A DNA stretch of 60,839 bases, filler included, from Catajapyx aquilonaris (lineage: Eukaryota): assembly GCA_000934665.2 (NCBI GenBank). It is 4 parts of 4 records of this genome, joined end to end, with 100 filler letters (N's around TTAATTAATTAA, not from the genome) between each part and the next. Parts side by side here need not be neighbours in the genome. Positions count along the whole stretch, not along the records: positions 15,237 to 30,379 come from JYFJ02007591.1; positions 30,480 to 45,613 come from JYFJ02007592.1; 2 more parts are not named here. One strand, written 5' to 3'. Within the stretch, counting starts at the first letter, position 1, and the number at the start of each line of letters is the position of its first letter. The translations under genes were made by a program, and so were the position numbers. The notes under the pieces were generated by a model that had not been told where the DNA came from, searched no databases, and saw only the letters and a list, made by a program, of their open reading frames with translations. Of this stretch, positions 25,801-38,470 are shown piece by piece.

Positions 25801-28541
25801 GCTGCAAAAGTTCGATATTTCCATCCCTGGAGGAAACACGCGGGACCGTGTTTGACCTCTCCATCTGGTAACCCTGTTGCGGCCATGGTGCGTATAGTCC
25901 GCCTCTTGCGGTTTGGCAGCGCATATGAAGTGCCGCAGGTTCACTTCCCTGCTGGGCCCCCCCTTTTCACTTCCCCAAAACTGGCTGAATGTTGAGATCT
26001 ATCCCCCAGCTTCCCCTTTTCGCCAAAATTCCCTCCTGGCAACCTTCGTCTTCACGTGTTCCCAAAAGCCCCCTTTCCTTCCTTCCTTTCCATATACCTA
26101 ATTCACACTCCCCAAGAAGTTGCGCTTCTCACCCTTCGGCCCTTTACTCTTGTTCTCTCATGGCTTTATATCATATACGCACTTTGAATTTTAAGTGCGG
26201 TTCGCTTTTCAACCACATATAGGTACTATATGCCCCCAAAAAAGTTTCGGACATATTCACCTTGATCGAGTGCTGATGTACTGGCTAACATCATATAGAA
26301 AAAGATCAAATCTCCGAAATTTTAGGGGTATTAGGACTCAGAAAATTGCGGTTTTCGGATTTTTTCCGAATCAGACATCATCGTGCCAAATCTCAACACT
26401 CTCAGTAGTCCGGAAGTGGGTTATAGGTAGCCAGGACATACATGTTGACAAACTTTCTGCTTTATTATATGTAAGATTAATATTAATCCGGACATTAGCG
26501 TTTGTTAATGTTGCTTGTTTGTCAAAATTCTTCGAATATCACCAATTAAGCATATAATTCTTTCTGTTAAAAAAAAATTTGGGCGCCGCCTTCACTCATT
26601 TGGGTGGGGTCCAACACACTTGGCAGCAATATCTACAAGTTACCACCGAAAGCAATCAATGTCAAGGTTTTGTGCGGCTGTGAATGAGCTGCGTAAATTC
26701 CGCGCGTTTTCTTGCGACAAAACATTTGGTCACCCATTGTTTGGCTGGCATCTATCGTTTTTCCTTCTTTTATATCTACACAACAACAAAAAAGGAATAA
26801 AGGTAAGACGTAAAAGACGCAGAGTTCCGCCCAGTCTCCCGCACTTCCTCCTTTCTCCTCCAAAATTCACCCACACTATAGCGATACGTGCACTTTTGCC
26901 AAGATATGTGGACAAATGGTGCTCGACATTCTGGCACGTTCCGGAACAAACAAGGACACCTATATCAAGGTTCATGTGTCCGGATTTCTACGATGCCAGT
27001 ATGAGACAAGATATCGCTAACAGTATGTACGGGCCGACAGGAAATTGTACAGACACGTCGAACCCCCGAGGGTCTGCAGGTCCGATCCGGTCCGTTTCCG
27101 TGTAGCCGACAGGACAAAGTGTCCATTTTAGGAGCCCACTTCTCGGAGGGAGTCATTAGGCGTCATAAATGACAAGCGATCCCTGGAGGGCAAACATTCT
27201 GTGACAATCATTCCTGTAATTAGACCCCGCCTGAATACACATATCGACATGTAGTGCGTGAAGGCTCCAAATGACTGTCCCCTACTTAAAATCTACTAAT
27301 TACCCCTAAACAGCCCGTATAAGTGGCGGACTCGGACGGAGGCTTCATTATAATCAGATCACAGCTCTAAACCATCAGGTGGTTTTTACGTGACGCCTAT
27401 TTGAATACCAAATAACTATCATTCGACATCAGAGAGGTGGAAAAAAAAATCGAGAGAGAAAATGGTATGCAAATGCGGTCCTGCAAACCTCGCACGACAT
27501 ACTTGCCTAAAGGAAAGATGGCGTTATATAGTGTCCAACCAACATCACACGATAGCATGCTGCATGCTTGTATAATATCACCTCCACTGTAGAATATAAT
27601 TATGCAGAATAATGTCTGGCTGTACACACACACACACCTTCCTTCCAGGCATCTTAACCATCTGGCCTGCTGCTGTGCCGTATAATATCACTTATTCAGA
27701 CACATTCTCAAATGCGAAATACACAAGACACCTTCGATTGAATCGCAACATGTTACATGCTAACTGAAATTGACACTTAACTCCGAATGAAATATTTACA
27801 ACTCTTTTCAAACCTCACCTGGTCATTACAGGTCGGGGGGCCACCCTTTTTACCCGAACCATTTTCCCACCCCCAGCAACCTCTTAAAAATAATGAGCAA
27901 CTATAGAACCCAACAGACACGAGAAGAGAGACGTGGGATTCAAACATCTCTCCCTTGCTTGCTTGCTTCCATCCCCCTCCTCCCAAAAAATACACACCCA
28001 GGCCCTGGTGCTGGGCCCCCATACGGCCCAATAAAACGCATTTGATGAACTGGGATAAGAGTCGTAAAAAAAAGAGGGAGACTGCCGGCAATAAGGGTCG
28101 TTTTGTTTTTTTTTTTGCATAACGCGCCTCGTAAAACGCAATATTATTTAGCCGTAATCCATCCCAGAAGTGAGATGGGAAGGAGGCGCATTTTTTTATT
28201 ATTATAATTTTTTTCGGGAGTGCCCCCCCTCGGCCGCAGGACACTTGACACAAAAAAAATCATAATAGCCCGTTTTTTCCTCCCCAACAAAATACGACGG
28301 AACGTTCCAGTGTTTGTAGCAAGGTGGGAAGCGCGCACTGTAAGCGCTTAATTATCATTTTTTTTCCCCTCCCTATGGTTAATAGCCCCCTGTTATGGGC
28401 AGGAAATTGTGACCTGCAGAATCCCTCTCACGCCAATACCCCGGTGCATTACGGTGCCAGAAAATAGATCGAGAGGACACCCGAATTTTATTCACATTTA
28501 AAAATAATTGTTCTCCTTTAATTAACCTCTATATACAGTAG

Positions 28542-28736
28542 ATGATTTTTAACGAACGCAACCGAGTGCGCACCCACACTCGCGTTGATCCGACAACAAC
28601 GTTCTCATCAGGTAGCCTCTAAGAGCACTGGCAACATCGCAAAAGTCGGCCATATTTCCCCCTCAAAATCCGTGTTGGAAACAATTTGCGCGAACTGTGT
28701 TGCGCACTCGGTTGCGCTCATTTAAAAAAAAATCAT
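28542..28736. mobile_element. Small MITE-like inverted repeat
   Basis: ATGATTTTTAACGAACGCAACCGAGTGCGCA ... TGCGCACTCGGTTGCGCTCATTTAAAAAAAAATCAT. Confidence 0.5.
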
Positions 28737-29310
28737 ATATAGTGGAGCAGATACGGCTTTTTTGCTAATCAGCCCTTTTGAGTAACCTTGCTGATCACGT
28801 GACCAGCATGGTTGCCACGTAGCTCATCGTGACTAAACTGCAGTTAATTGAAATATTAATCCCAGCTATATTAACCAGGCTTTGGTTAAATCCTCTGCCA
28901 TGATCTCCGACCCCTTGGTTCTTCCTTCCTGGTTGTCTCATGGTGCGTATATATAATAGTCTGGGTCTGACCCACAGCTCCCTCGGGGCTGAAACCGCCG
29001 GCATCACAATATTTAATATGGATTCTTTCGCTTCAAACATCGTAATTAGTTTCCCCCCCTCCCTCCCTTGGTTCCCTTGGCGACTCATTTTGACTCCCTC
29101 CATCCCCCACCTTCTGGAAATGCCGGCACCAGAAGGAGGAGGAAATGAAAGGGGAGGGGAAAATGTGGGGAATTTGTAGGCCCGGAGCATCCGGAGATTA
29201 TACCAGGAACAGGCATTAAAAAATTAACGCCGGGTCAGAGTGAGGTCATCACTTGCTGTTGAATCACTATGGGATACATGGCAACGCAGGAGTGCGCGCG
29301 CATCGGCCAT

Positions 29311-29873
29311 GTTGCCACATCTGCACTCTTCCAATAAGCCCGATTTCTCGAACAGTGGTTCAAATGTAAACTCGGTTTAATCCCAGTTCAGAGGGTTGTA
29401 AGCATAGAACTGAGATTAAACCGGGTTTATATTTGAACCACAGCACTGTTCGAGAAATCGGGCACAAATGACATTTTAACTGACCGTTAAGAGCTTGCTG
29501 TTAGATCCACTAACGGTCAGTTAAGACGTTTATTAACAGAGAAGAAGATTGTAGTCATATTTTCCCATGTGATTGGAAGCTATGGGCAGTGTTGCCACAT
29601 TTGCACTCTTCCAAAGACAGATATCTCGAACAGTGGTTCAAATGTAAACTCGGTTTAATCCTAGAACTGGGTTTAAACCGGACTTGAACCGGGGTTTACA
29701 TTTGAACTGTTCGAGAAATCGGGCACAAATATGACATTTTAACCGACAGTTACTAAAGAGCTTGCTGTTAGATCGACTAACGGTCAGTTAAGACGTTTAC
29801 TAACAGGGAAGAAGATTGTAGTCATATTTTTTTCATGTGATTGGAGGCTATGGGCAGTGTTGCCACATCTGCA
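29311..29873. repeat. Two tandem ~275-bp units, each containing a ~125-bp palindrome
   Basis: GTTGCCACAT(C/T)TGCA recurs at ~29311, 29590 and 29859. The palindrome GCCCGATTTCTCGAACAG...CTGTTCGAGAAATCGGGC spans 29338-29464. Confidence 0.75.
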
Positions 29874-29952
29874 ACTGGTAATGCGGCGGTGTTGCCAAAT
29901 CCCCTGCAAAATCCGGATTATCTGGCGACTTGGTTAATATCGACTTCTCCCC

Positions 29953-29993
<41 letters not shown>

Positions 29994-30379
29994 TTAACCC
30001 CCCGGATTTCAGATCCTTCGAAATTTATGCCCGTGTGTCCGGAACGAGCCCCCGCCCCTCTCTCTCTTCCTTCCAGTTTTGTGTGTCCTCTCCCTCCCCC
30101 CCCCTCCCAGCTCCAAATTATGTAAAGGGGAGTCCGTAGAGTAATCAGACCAGTGGTAATGCTCTGCCNCTCTCCCTCCCCCCCCCTCCCAGCTCCAAAT
30201 TATGTAAAGGGGAGTCCGTAGAGTAATCAGACCAGTGGTAATGCTCTGCCAAGAACGGATTGCGCCTTCGCTAATTCACTTAATTGTTCATTTGTCCGAT
30301 CCAAACGGATGGATTATTAATGAAGCCAGGCCCCGGGCTGCATGGCGGTGACACTAAAAATGAGTTTCATCCGGAGCCC

Positions 30380-30479
30380 NNNNNNNNNNNNNNNNNNNNN
30401 NNNNNNNNNNNNNNNNNNNNNNNTTAATTAATTAANNNNNNNNNNNNNNNNNNNNNNNNNNNNNNNNNNNNNNNNNNNN
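30380..30479. other. Artificial contig-joining spacer
   Basis: N44-TTAATTAATTAA-N44. Confidence 0.97.
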
Positions 30480-31136
30480 TTGGATCTAGTGGCACGTGCA
30501 CTCTCGAGGGCCGCAATGGAGAAAAGTAAAACAGAGCACGTGGTCATGGTTGGTGGATCTACACGCATTCCATTGTTATGAGAAATGGTGAAAGATTTCC
30601 TCAACCTGCAAGAGCTGGACCCGTGCATAGAACCAGAGGAAGCGCTAGTCTATGGAGCGGCTGTACAAGGTGCTCTTTTAAACAATAGCCCACAAAGCAA
30701 CAATACGAGAGGTACAAAGAAAAAAGTTAAGCATGTACTGCACAAGCACAAGCATAGCAGAACTAGAAAAAGTAATACAAAAAAGAGAAGTTCTCATTTG
30801 GGTGGAAAGGACATGAATCAAAGGCCAAGTTTCAATAGCGAATTTGTTTGTGACAAACAAGAGACCACGGAAGGTAAATCACATGATCAGAATCCATTTC
30901 AGATTCTCTTCCATCATGAAAGTAACATGCTAGGTACACTGTCTTTAGACTTGACAGAAGGGCAGGGAGATGATGCCAGTGTAGGGACAGGCTCTGGACT
31001 CTTTGGCAGGTGCGATACCCAGGACGTCACAGGAAAAAAAGAGGACGATTTCGAAATATTGGGTAGAATTTTCCTCCCCCTGATAGTTACTGCTAACTTA
31101 GCAGCGTTAGTGTTGGCAATGGTACTGATAAGTTAG
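30480..31136 (+). pseudogene. Hsp70: Hsp70 nucleotide-binding-domain C-terminus with an in-frame stop, followed by a non-Hsp70 basic region and hydrophobic tail
   Basis: LDLVARALSRAAMEKSKTEHVVMVGGSTRIPLL*EMVKDFLNLQELDPCIEPEEALVYGAAVQGALL matches the Hsp70 VGGSTRIP and PDEAVAYGAAVQ motifs. TGA at 30579-30581. No DLLLLD linker or substrate-binding domain follows. Confidence 0.8.
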
Positions 31137-31479
31137 CAGTAACTAGCAGTGGGACGAAAATTACCCATTGTCTCTGCCTGCCTCAAAACACAAGCACTGG
31201 GAACAAAGAAGAGCTTGAGAAGAGCATTGATGTGTTAGAAATAAAGAAGGTAAAAGAAGGTGCTGAAATAGGGATGCTCAACAAGCCTACAATAAAATGG
31301 CAATGGAAACTGGATACTCTCACTTATTGGAGAGAAAGGAACAACAATAAGTGAAGGATGAGTTCAATAAAGTGTTGCATTATTTTGAGGAAAATGAACA
31401 GGTCGAAGCAAGCACGCCTGAGAATGCGATGGAGAAGTTGGCGCAAAATATTTGAGGTTTTTCGGTCTGAAAACAATAT

Positions 31480-31826
31480 TTTGGGGTTTTTTTTCTATTA
31501 CCCCGGGATAACCCGATTAGGGTTTATAGGAGAGTGGATTACCACCATTTTAGAAATAATTTTCCATTTTACTTCAATCTCCGTGCAAGGACTTTCGGGA
31601 TATAGGGTAGGGATAGGGATTGTTGGGGAGGGGACACTTGTGCAGGTGCACTGTCCTTTGCCTTTGCGCCATGTGCTGTTCCCCAGGAGGTTGCCAGACA
31701 CCTCCTTGGTGCAGGTCAGAGACCCTCCTGACGCAGGTGAAAGGAAAGTTCCCCAGGCGGGGATCGAACCTGGGGCCTTTCACTCAGCAAGCCGAGACGT
31801 TACCATCTCGAGCACCACACCTCCCC
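31480..31826 (-). mobile_element. Full-length tRNA-derived SINE
   Basis: 11-bp TSD GAAAACAATAT (31469-31479, 31827-31837). The minus strand begins GGGGAGGTGTGGTGCTCGAGATGG (A box-like) with B box GGTTCGATCC. Confidence 0.85.
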
Positions 31827-34800
31827 GAAAACAATATATTGATGACAACTGTTCCTAATATTCATTAGAAAATGAAGAACTAGATGGGCATTTTAAAAAT
31901 ACTGTGTTCTGTGTACCTGTTGAGAAATAGTGTCCTCACTTGCATAATTATGATACTATAACGTGACTGTGTAAATGCACTTTAACAAAGTGTGGAACCG
32001 TACTTAACCTACCTTGGAAAAATTAGTTACAGTGTGTGTAATAAGACTTTCCTTATAACCGGAACTAGTCAAGGATAAAAGCCGATCTGCATCATATTGT
32101 TACATTTAGGGCTAAAACCCAGTTCATTTTCGGCAATTTTACGTTCTTCTAACGTTGTGCTGAAAGGGCTCTGACCTGAACTCTATTTAAGGGGGTTTGT
32201 GGTAGCATGAGTGCTCCACATCCTGGGCGAGTCATTATTGTAACACAGTGTGGATTCATGACCTTTTAGGCTGACCACACTGTTGCCCAACTATTCAGGA
32301 TGACCTCATCTTGTTAGTTTTCCTCAGAGTAGTCAGCGGACCCTATGAACCCGAAATACTAAGAAACATCCTCTTTCCAAGACCACGTTTCCTGTACATG
32401 TATTAAAGTCATGCGAATCCTGGAGGGCGGTGCTCTCAGGATTCTCACGCCCTTTAACTACAGCCTGAGTTCCATAAATAGGGGATGGGTTACTAGAGAA
32501 GGGACATTCTTTCGGGGCATTCAGATTCATTGAGAGTCACTCTTTGAGAGTCTCTTGTAATCCTGAACAAGTGTTAGCCGTACTTGGCTGTGACCAAGTG
32601 TCGGGTACTTTTGGGACGGGCCATTCGGTGAATCCATGTGAAGACGAGTCGAAGCCATCGGAGACCAGCAGCCCAAACCAGAACCACATCGAGGGAAGGA
32701 CGGCCATCCAGCCAGAGCCATCCAGACGAGTACCACCAGCGAATTCGACCATCTAGGGTGAGATGTCGACCAGTGTGTACTGGTGTACTTGTGATGTGTG
32801 TTTGTACAATAAAACCTGTGTTTGATGGAAACCTGTCGTTGACGACTCTGTTATTCTCCGCTGCGCTCTTTACCAGTTAAATTGATCTGACGGTACGGAA
32901 TAGGAACCATTGCAGGTTGCCTATTCACTATAAGTCGTAGTAGTACGCCCTGAGGCCAAGTTAACTTCGGTTGACTTAATCCTAATTATCTACGGCATTA
33001 TAACAATATGGTTATGAAGCCGAAAACTGGTCACATGTCATGGGCGTGCCCCCCTCCCTACCTCTCGAAAACCAATCAGGAGGTTTTTCTGCCAGCCTTT
33101 TCCAGCCAAGTGTTCCCGAACTGAAATCATTCGGCCTGGTCTTTGTCTTGGTCTTGGAAAAAACCAAAGTTACCTCCGTCCACAATCGAGCAACGTACAA
33201 CATGGCTAACAAGGGCCAAAAGCGGCCAAACGGAGAAGGTAGGTGTCCTGTAAACACGCAGTATATTCAGGGTATATTGGTGGGTGGGTTCTGCTCCTCT
33301 TTGGGTGAAATATTGCACTGGTTCATCGGACCACCCAGCTTACTGTCACCTCTGGGGGTGGAGGTCTTAACCACGGCAGATATTTGGATGCCCACCTGTT
33401 CCTGGACTCAGATAGACGTGTTCAGCTGGCACATTATGTCAAACCCACAGCCATTAGGTGCCGCTGGCAACGTATGTACAGCAGTTTTAGTGCCGCTGAC
33501 AACGTATCTGTCACCCAACCAGTGTACAGAAGTCCCAAGTTGTTGTAATCTTTCCAACTTGTTTCAAGACCAACTTTCAAGACCAAGGAGGAAGAGGATT
33601 TCTATATTGAGGCGCATATTTTTTGGCCTGGTGTGAGTGGAAAGCACGCTCACACAACCCACATAACCTTCGAAAGGGGCGGATACAGCCTACCATCACG
33701 TATCGTCCCCTATCCTAACCCTTCTCCGACGCGCCAGGCCACTGGCGGGCTACCTCCTTTCCCGAACCGGCCAAATCGCGGAAACTTTTTTCCACGTTCT
33801 ATACGAATGACGATGATGACGCAATACCCCCCAGGGCTTGCTTGACGTCACTTGTCCTAAACATTGACCACTTGTGCGCAAGGAAGCAAGCAAGCAGACC
33901 CATCACACTAACTGGTAATTAGTGCCCACAATATTACTACGTATTATAATATGGTAGGATGAGAATGGGGGTACAAACTGTCTTGGCAAATTTGAAAAGG
34001 GGTACGCCGCGAAAAAAGTTTGGGAAGCCCTGCAGCAGGTCACTCAACTTGTTCTCTTTTCTGTATTATTGGACAGCCGCAGTGGAACCGACTCTTGGCC
34101 TACATGATATAGGGCGAGAAGCAAGGTAATTATTGAATCAACCTGTACTAAATTGCAAATGATACGACTGGGCTGCTACAACATTCAGTGTTAGTGTTGA
34201 CGACGAGGCCCAGATCCGCGTCACTAACTTGATGACAACTCTGGCAGCAAGAGTTGAAAAAGAAAGTGGCACTAGAGTGAACAGAGGGAAACTGTGGGAG
34301 AGCATCGTGTCAAGATGTCGCCCGGACTCTATGAACGCGGAAAAAAACATCTACGTCATTTTTGCGGACAGCATAAGCTTCTTCATAATTATGTGGATCT
34401 GACATCTACTTTCACCAGGTGAGGCTGCGGATCGTAGAGTATTTGAAAAAAAAAAAAAATGAAATGTTACTACTGGGACGCACCGAAAACTTTCGATTCG
34501 TATCTAACTGAATTAGCAAATGATGGCAAAGTGTGCTGTTCTCAACTTGAATTGTACGCAGTGTCTGCACTACTTGGTGTCAATACTGTATACATATTCA
34601 CCTAGCCAAGAAGTTGGGAGTAATGAAGAAAAGACACTATATGACGTAGCACCCCAATTGGCTGAAAAAGGCATCAATATAAGCAGCTGAGGACGTGTTC
34701 CGGGCCCTCAGATGAAGACACATCCTCGACGCCTACGCTCAAAAAAAGCGTGACTATGCCAAGCGGGATGAGGAGTATTGGCATGGTGGCATAGTCGAAC

Positions 34801-35579
34801 AAAGAAAGGTCCGCAAGTTACCCAGGCCTTGCCTTGGGGTCCGCCAAAAAGACCGAGCAAGCGACAAACCGAAGAAGGAGGCAGGAGACAAGCCCAAAGA
34901 AGACTGGAAGACATGGATAGGTGGAGCTCCGAACAGCGGTAACGGGCCTCTGACCATATAACCATGTCCCGTCATTTCATTCGCCATTATATCGTTATCA
35001 TCATCATATCACCATTATATGTTTCTGTGAGTGTGTGGGAGGGAAGCTGGAGAGAAAGATCCTGGTCAAGGAGTGCCTGAAAAGGGGAAGGTCCGCTGGA
35101 TGGTGCTAGAGGCTAAACAAGACCACACTTCCCGAGTCAACCGATTTGCGGACACATTAACTAACCTAACATTTACATCGGCAGAACTATCCCAATGAGA
35201 ATGGGAGTCCATAAGCGCAATAGCATCCCAAAACAGGTCGCAAGATGCTGCGGGAACGAAGAGCTCTGTCTGTCGTTGCGAGTTGATGGATCAGTCGACA
35301 GACTCCAAGTAGACAACATACATGTAATGGAGAATATAATGTCGAAGGATATATTGGTGTTCCTAGGCGGTGAAGAAGACAACGAAATTGTCAGCGCAGC
35401 GGACTGAACTCTAATGCCATAACCTGACTCAAACCAATTTGTATGCGACGCAAACTGGTCTGGCCAAAAGGGCAAGGAAGCGGATGAAGGAATGGGAGCA
35501 ACTAACCATTTCCCGAGTTCCAGAGAGGAGAAGAATTATGAGAAGACCCAGACATCCAACCCTTCATGTGAAGCGGAAG

Positions 35580-36075
35580 TTGAATACAAGCAGTGGGTAG
35601 CTACAGATAAAACTGCTACCGTGTCCATAGTGCCACGATTTTTTTAAACACCTTACAGAAAAGGTAGTGCAACTTACACGGCACCATTACACTGCCAAAA
35701 CTCCAACCTGAGAACTGTGAAGGACGAACTCAAAGAGGACATAAAGTAGCAGTACTGGGGAGACTTTTCCGACAACATTCATTTATTATCCTAGATGAAG
35801 TACGACGTTACTGCTGGGGCCATTATCAGGTCACGGTACACCCGTACGCAGTGTACTTTCGTAGTGATTTGGGAAACGTTCTCATATTGCAGAATGTTCT
35901 CACATGTCACTAATAAGTAATAGCACACTCACTAGCTTTGACAATGTCCGTGTGCGCCTGTCGAGCGAAGCTGCGAGAGCAACTCAAGATTTCCTCACCT
36001 CTAAAAGGTCAAGTATTTTAGTTACGGCTGAGCCGCACAATAAAAAAATCATACCAACTTTTTGAATCTGACTTT
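35580..36075 (+). pseudogene. Degraded Sola2-like DNA transposase
   Basis: Frameshifted motifs EYKQWVATD, RHHYTAK, GDFSDN..FII.DEV..Y.W....VTVHPYAVYF and KYFSYG*AAQ*KNHTNFLNL resemble the DFSENY..Q..HW and FSDG.AAQYKN motifs. The family assignment is from memory. Confidence 0.55.
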
Positions 36076-36531
36076 GGGTTGGACTGCGAGTTGATTTTTT
36101 TTTGTGCGATTATCCTTGTTGAGAAGCCTGGAAGAACCTAACACTATTGGAGATAAGGTCACAAACCCTGTATGTTGAAGATGGCGATGTTAATTGTGTG
36201 TCAGCCAACATTAAAATACGACAAATATTACTAACACTATTTAGAGGAGCATTTCAGATATGTCCAAAGACGCAAAATTGCAGGTTTGGAATGAAATAGT
36301 TTCGCCGTTGTTTCCTACTTAATTTACTGAATCAAGGGACGTACCTCTTACATATCATTAGATAATATGTCTACCAACGCTCGTCATTATGGGGGGAACC
36401 GATGCGCGATGGCTCGTGCGTGCTCTTCGTCCACAGGAAATGTGCATTGTTTCCCAATCTATATATCATTTATAGTTTCCAGTGATCACATACTGTTCCA
36501 GTTTCTCGCTCAATCTTTCAGCTTTGACAAT

Positions 36532-36700
36532 ATGGAACAGGAAGGTCAGAGACGGGGCTCAAAACACTTCGTTTTTGAAGGGTTCATGTACCGAATGAAC
36601 AAGACAACCCCTACTGGGATGTCTTACCTTCGATGCATCGAACATGGTTGTAGAGGAACTGCACACCTTCTTGTGGGTGGCAGTATCGTGCGGCACGATA
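36532..36700 (+). pseudogene. FLYWCH-type zinc-finger fragment (MULE-associated)
   Basis: GQRRGSKHFVFEGFMYRMNKTTPTGMSYLRCIEHGCRGTAHL follows the FLYWCH pattern; the C-terminus is replaced by an inverted duplication. Confidence 0.65.
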
Positions 36701-37522
36701 CTGCCACCCACAAGACGGTGTGCAGTTCCTCTCGTGCCAGTCCACAACCACGATGCCAATCCCAGGGAGCCACAAAGCTTTCCTCACTGCATGTAAGAGG
36801 CGTGCAGAGACGGAGCCAGGAACGTCGCTGAGAACAAGTTTTTTTCCCACCTAAATACTCGTATCATATGCAGGTGTAATTTGCTCAGGTCATATCGATA
36901 TTTGGAGGGTAATATCTTGGTTCGTGATGACCACAGTAAATGAAATTTAGAGAAGCTGAGAAGATAAAATGGCTTGGACTTATAAATGGCCGACGCCATT
37001 CATGTACCATGCCATTCATAATTTTTTTAACTGTCTTTGAAATACACATGACGTGAAATCCATGCTGGCACTAGATGTACTACTACGTAACAAGCGAGGG
37101 AGAAAGAGCAATGGAGAATCCACTTCCTTCAGACCATCCGTGACTGCTGTCCATAGCCGAGTGTGGGGGAGAAGGCCTGATAAGATTGTTTGGTGTAAGT
37201 ACAAGTAGTAGGGCTTCTCTTACCCATTTACAAAAGCGTGCTAAACCATAAAGTAGTGAGTTAGCTCTCAGATCAATCAACTGCTGGTGAGCATGTCCAC
37301 AGTGTAATCCAATCATCGACCTCTTTATGTCCTGTTATAGAAGGCATGCATCAGCAGATGTCGCAGCAGCTTGTCTACTTTTTTCTCTCTTCAAATAACA
37401 TTACGTAAGCCCTACCTATTGCATATGATGAGGAACTTTGTATATAGTACAAGCATGTGACTGACAATATTTTTATATCCCTTCATATTTACACAATGTA
37501 CCTCTTTCACGTTGATGTGCAG

Positions 37523-37760
37523 GCCGTGGCGGAGGATAAGGCGAATGGATACATCCAACCACATTTGCTGGCCATTGGGGTGCATAACAACAACATCAAG
37601 TATTATGTAGTACTGGACAGGAATGTACTCGATGCTGGAGCAAATGCCCTCCGCGCTTTTGACCTGCTCTTCAAAGCTCACTTCATACTTGATGTTAGAT
37701 TTGCCTCAGAAAATGAAAACCTGTATCTGTTCTTGCAATGCTGTGTGTATGATAATTCCT
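37523..37760 (+). pseudogene. Terminal exon of a CACTA/EnSpm-associated accessory ORF
   Basis: After acceptor TGTGCAG: IQPHLLAIG...YYVVLD...ALRAFDLLFKAHFILDVRF...LYLFLQCCVYD, a C-terminal motif typical of animal EnSpm second ORFs. Confidence 0.6.
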
Positions 37761-37929
37761 GTGCACAATATGAGGGCAATGATAGATGCCGTGCATTCTC
37801 GGGAGAGTGGAAAAGACGTACAAGTCGGAAAATATGCAAATTCGGGTATGTCTCATATTCTAGTAATGAAGATTCCCTCTTTGTTGTGCAAGAAGGCTAC
37901 AAGCAAAGTCCTAAAGACAGGCATAGCGC

Positions 37930-38470
37930 GATCAAGGTGATAACACCCTCACTGAACATACCACCTTATTTGGACGGGTCTTTGCCACTTCCTATATCAA
38001 GGCTTATTATTAATATTAAAAATAGTTCACCATATATTCGGATAAAAGATCAGACTTTGAAGCTAAACAATGACGAATACTGTGAATACTGCAACTTGGA
38101 TGAGCCTTTCACTTTATACCATATAATCTACAGTTGCCCTATATTTGCAACCCCCAGACAAACTTTCCTAAATGATTTCCCGTCGGCCCCTGGTTTTAAT
38201 TTAGTCCGAATGACCAATAACCTGACTCGCGAGGATCACTACAGCCTTTTCAACTTCACCTCGAATGTGCTCAGAAGAGTAACATTCTGTGCATATTGAG
38301 AAACGAGCAGTGTAATTCTTTCCGCTTTCGCATGCGACATGCCGCTTCCCCAATTTCTTGAGCCCAGGTCATATATTGTATTTGTGTACTCTACAAGTGC
38401 TTTGGCCCCGCTTACCTGCTTTTTGTCAACTGATAACCCACACATGCACCACATGCTTCTTTCCTTGCCC
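37930..38470 (+). mobile_element. 5'-truncated non-LTR retrotransposon 3' end
   Basis: CCHC finger CEYCNLDEPFTLYHIIYSCP..R, typical of a LINE ORF2 C-terminus; stop at 38297-38299. Boundaries approximate. Confidence 0.65.

Noticed and set aside
26515..27105. 196-aa ORF and other ORFs in contig 2
   Set aside because: Homopolymer-driven composition and no domain signal.
30088..30250. Exact 81-bp tandem duplication
   Set aside because: The two copies flank a single N (30169), the signature of an unmerged contig overlap.
31740..31826. tRNA gene (also considered at 30-97 and 45520-45595)
   Set aside because: A and B boxes are present but there is no complete cloverleaf; each continues into a SINE body, and this copy has TSDs.
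32239..32909. Possible solo LTR (TG...CA, TATA-like ATAAATA, AATAAA)
   Set aside because: No TSD, PBS or second copy visible.
33040..33636. 198-aa ORF
   Set aside because: No recognisable motif on either strand; likely spurious.
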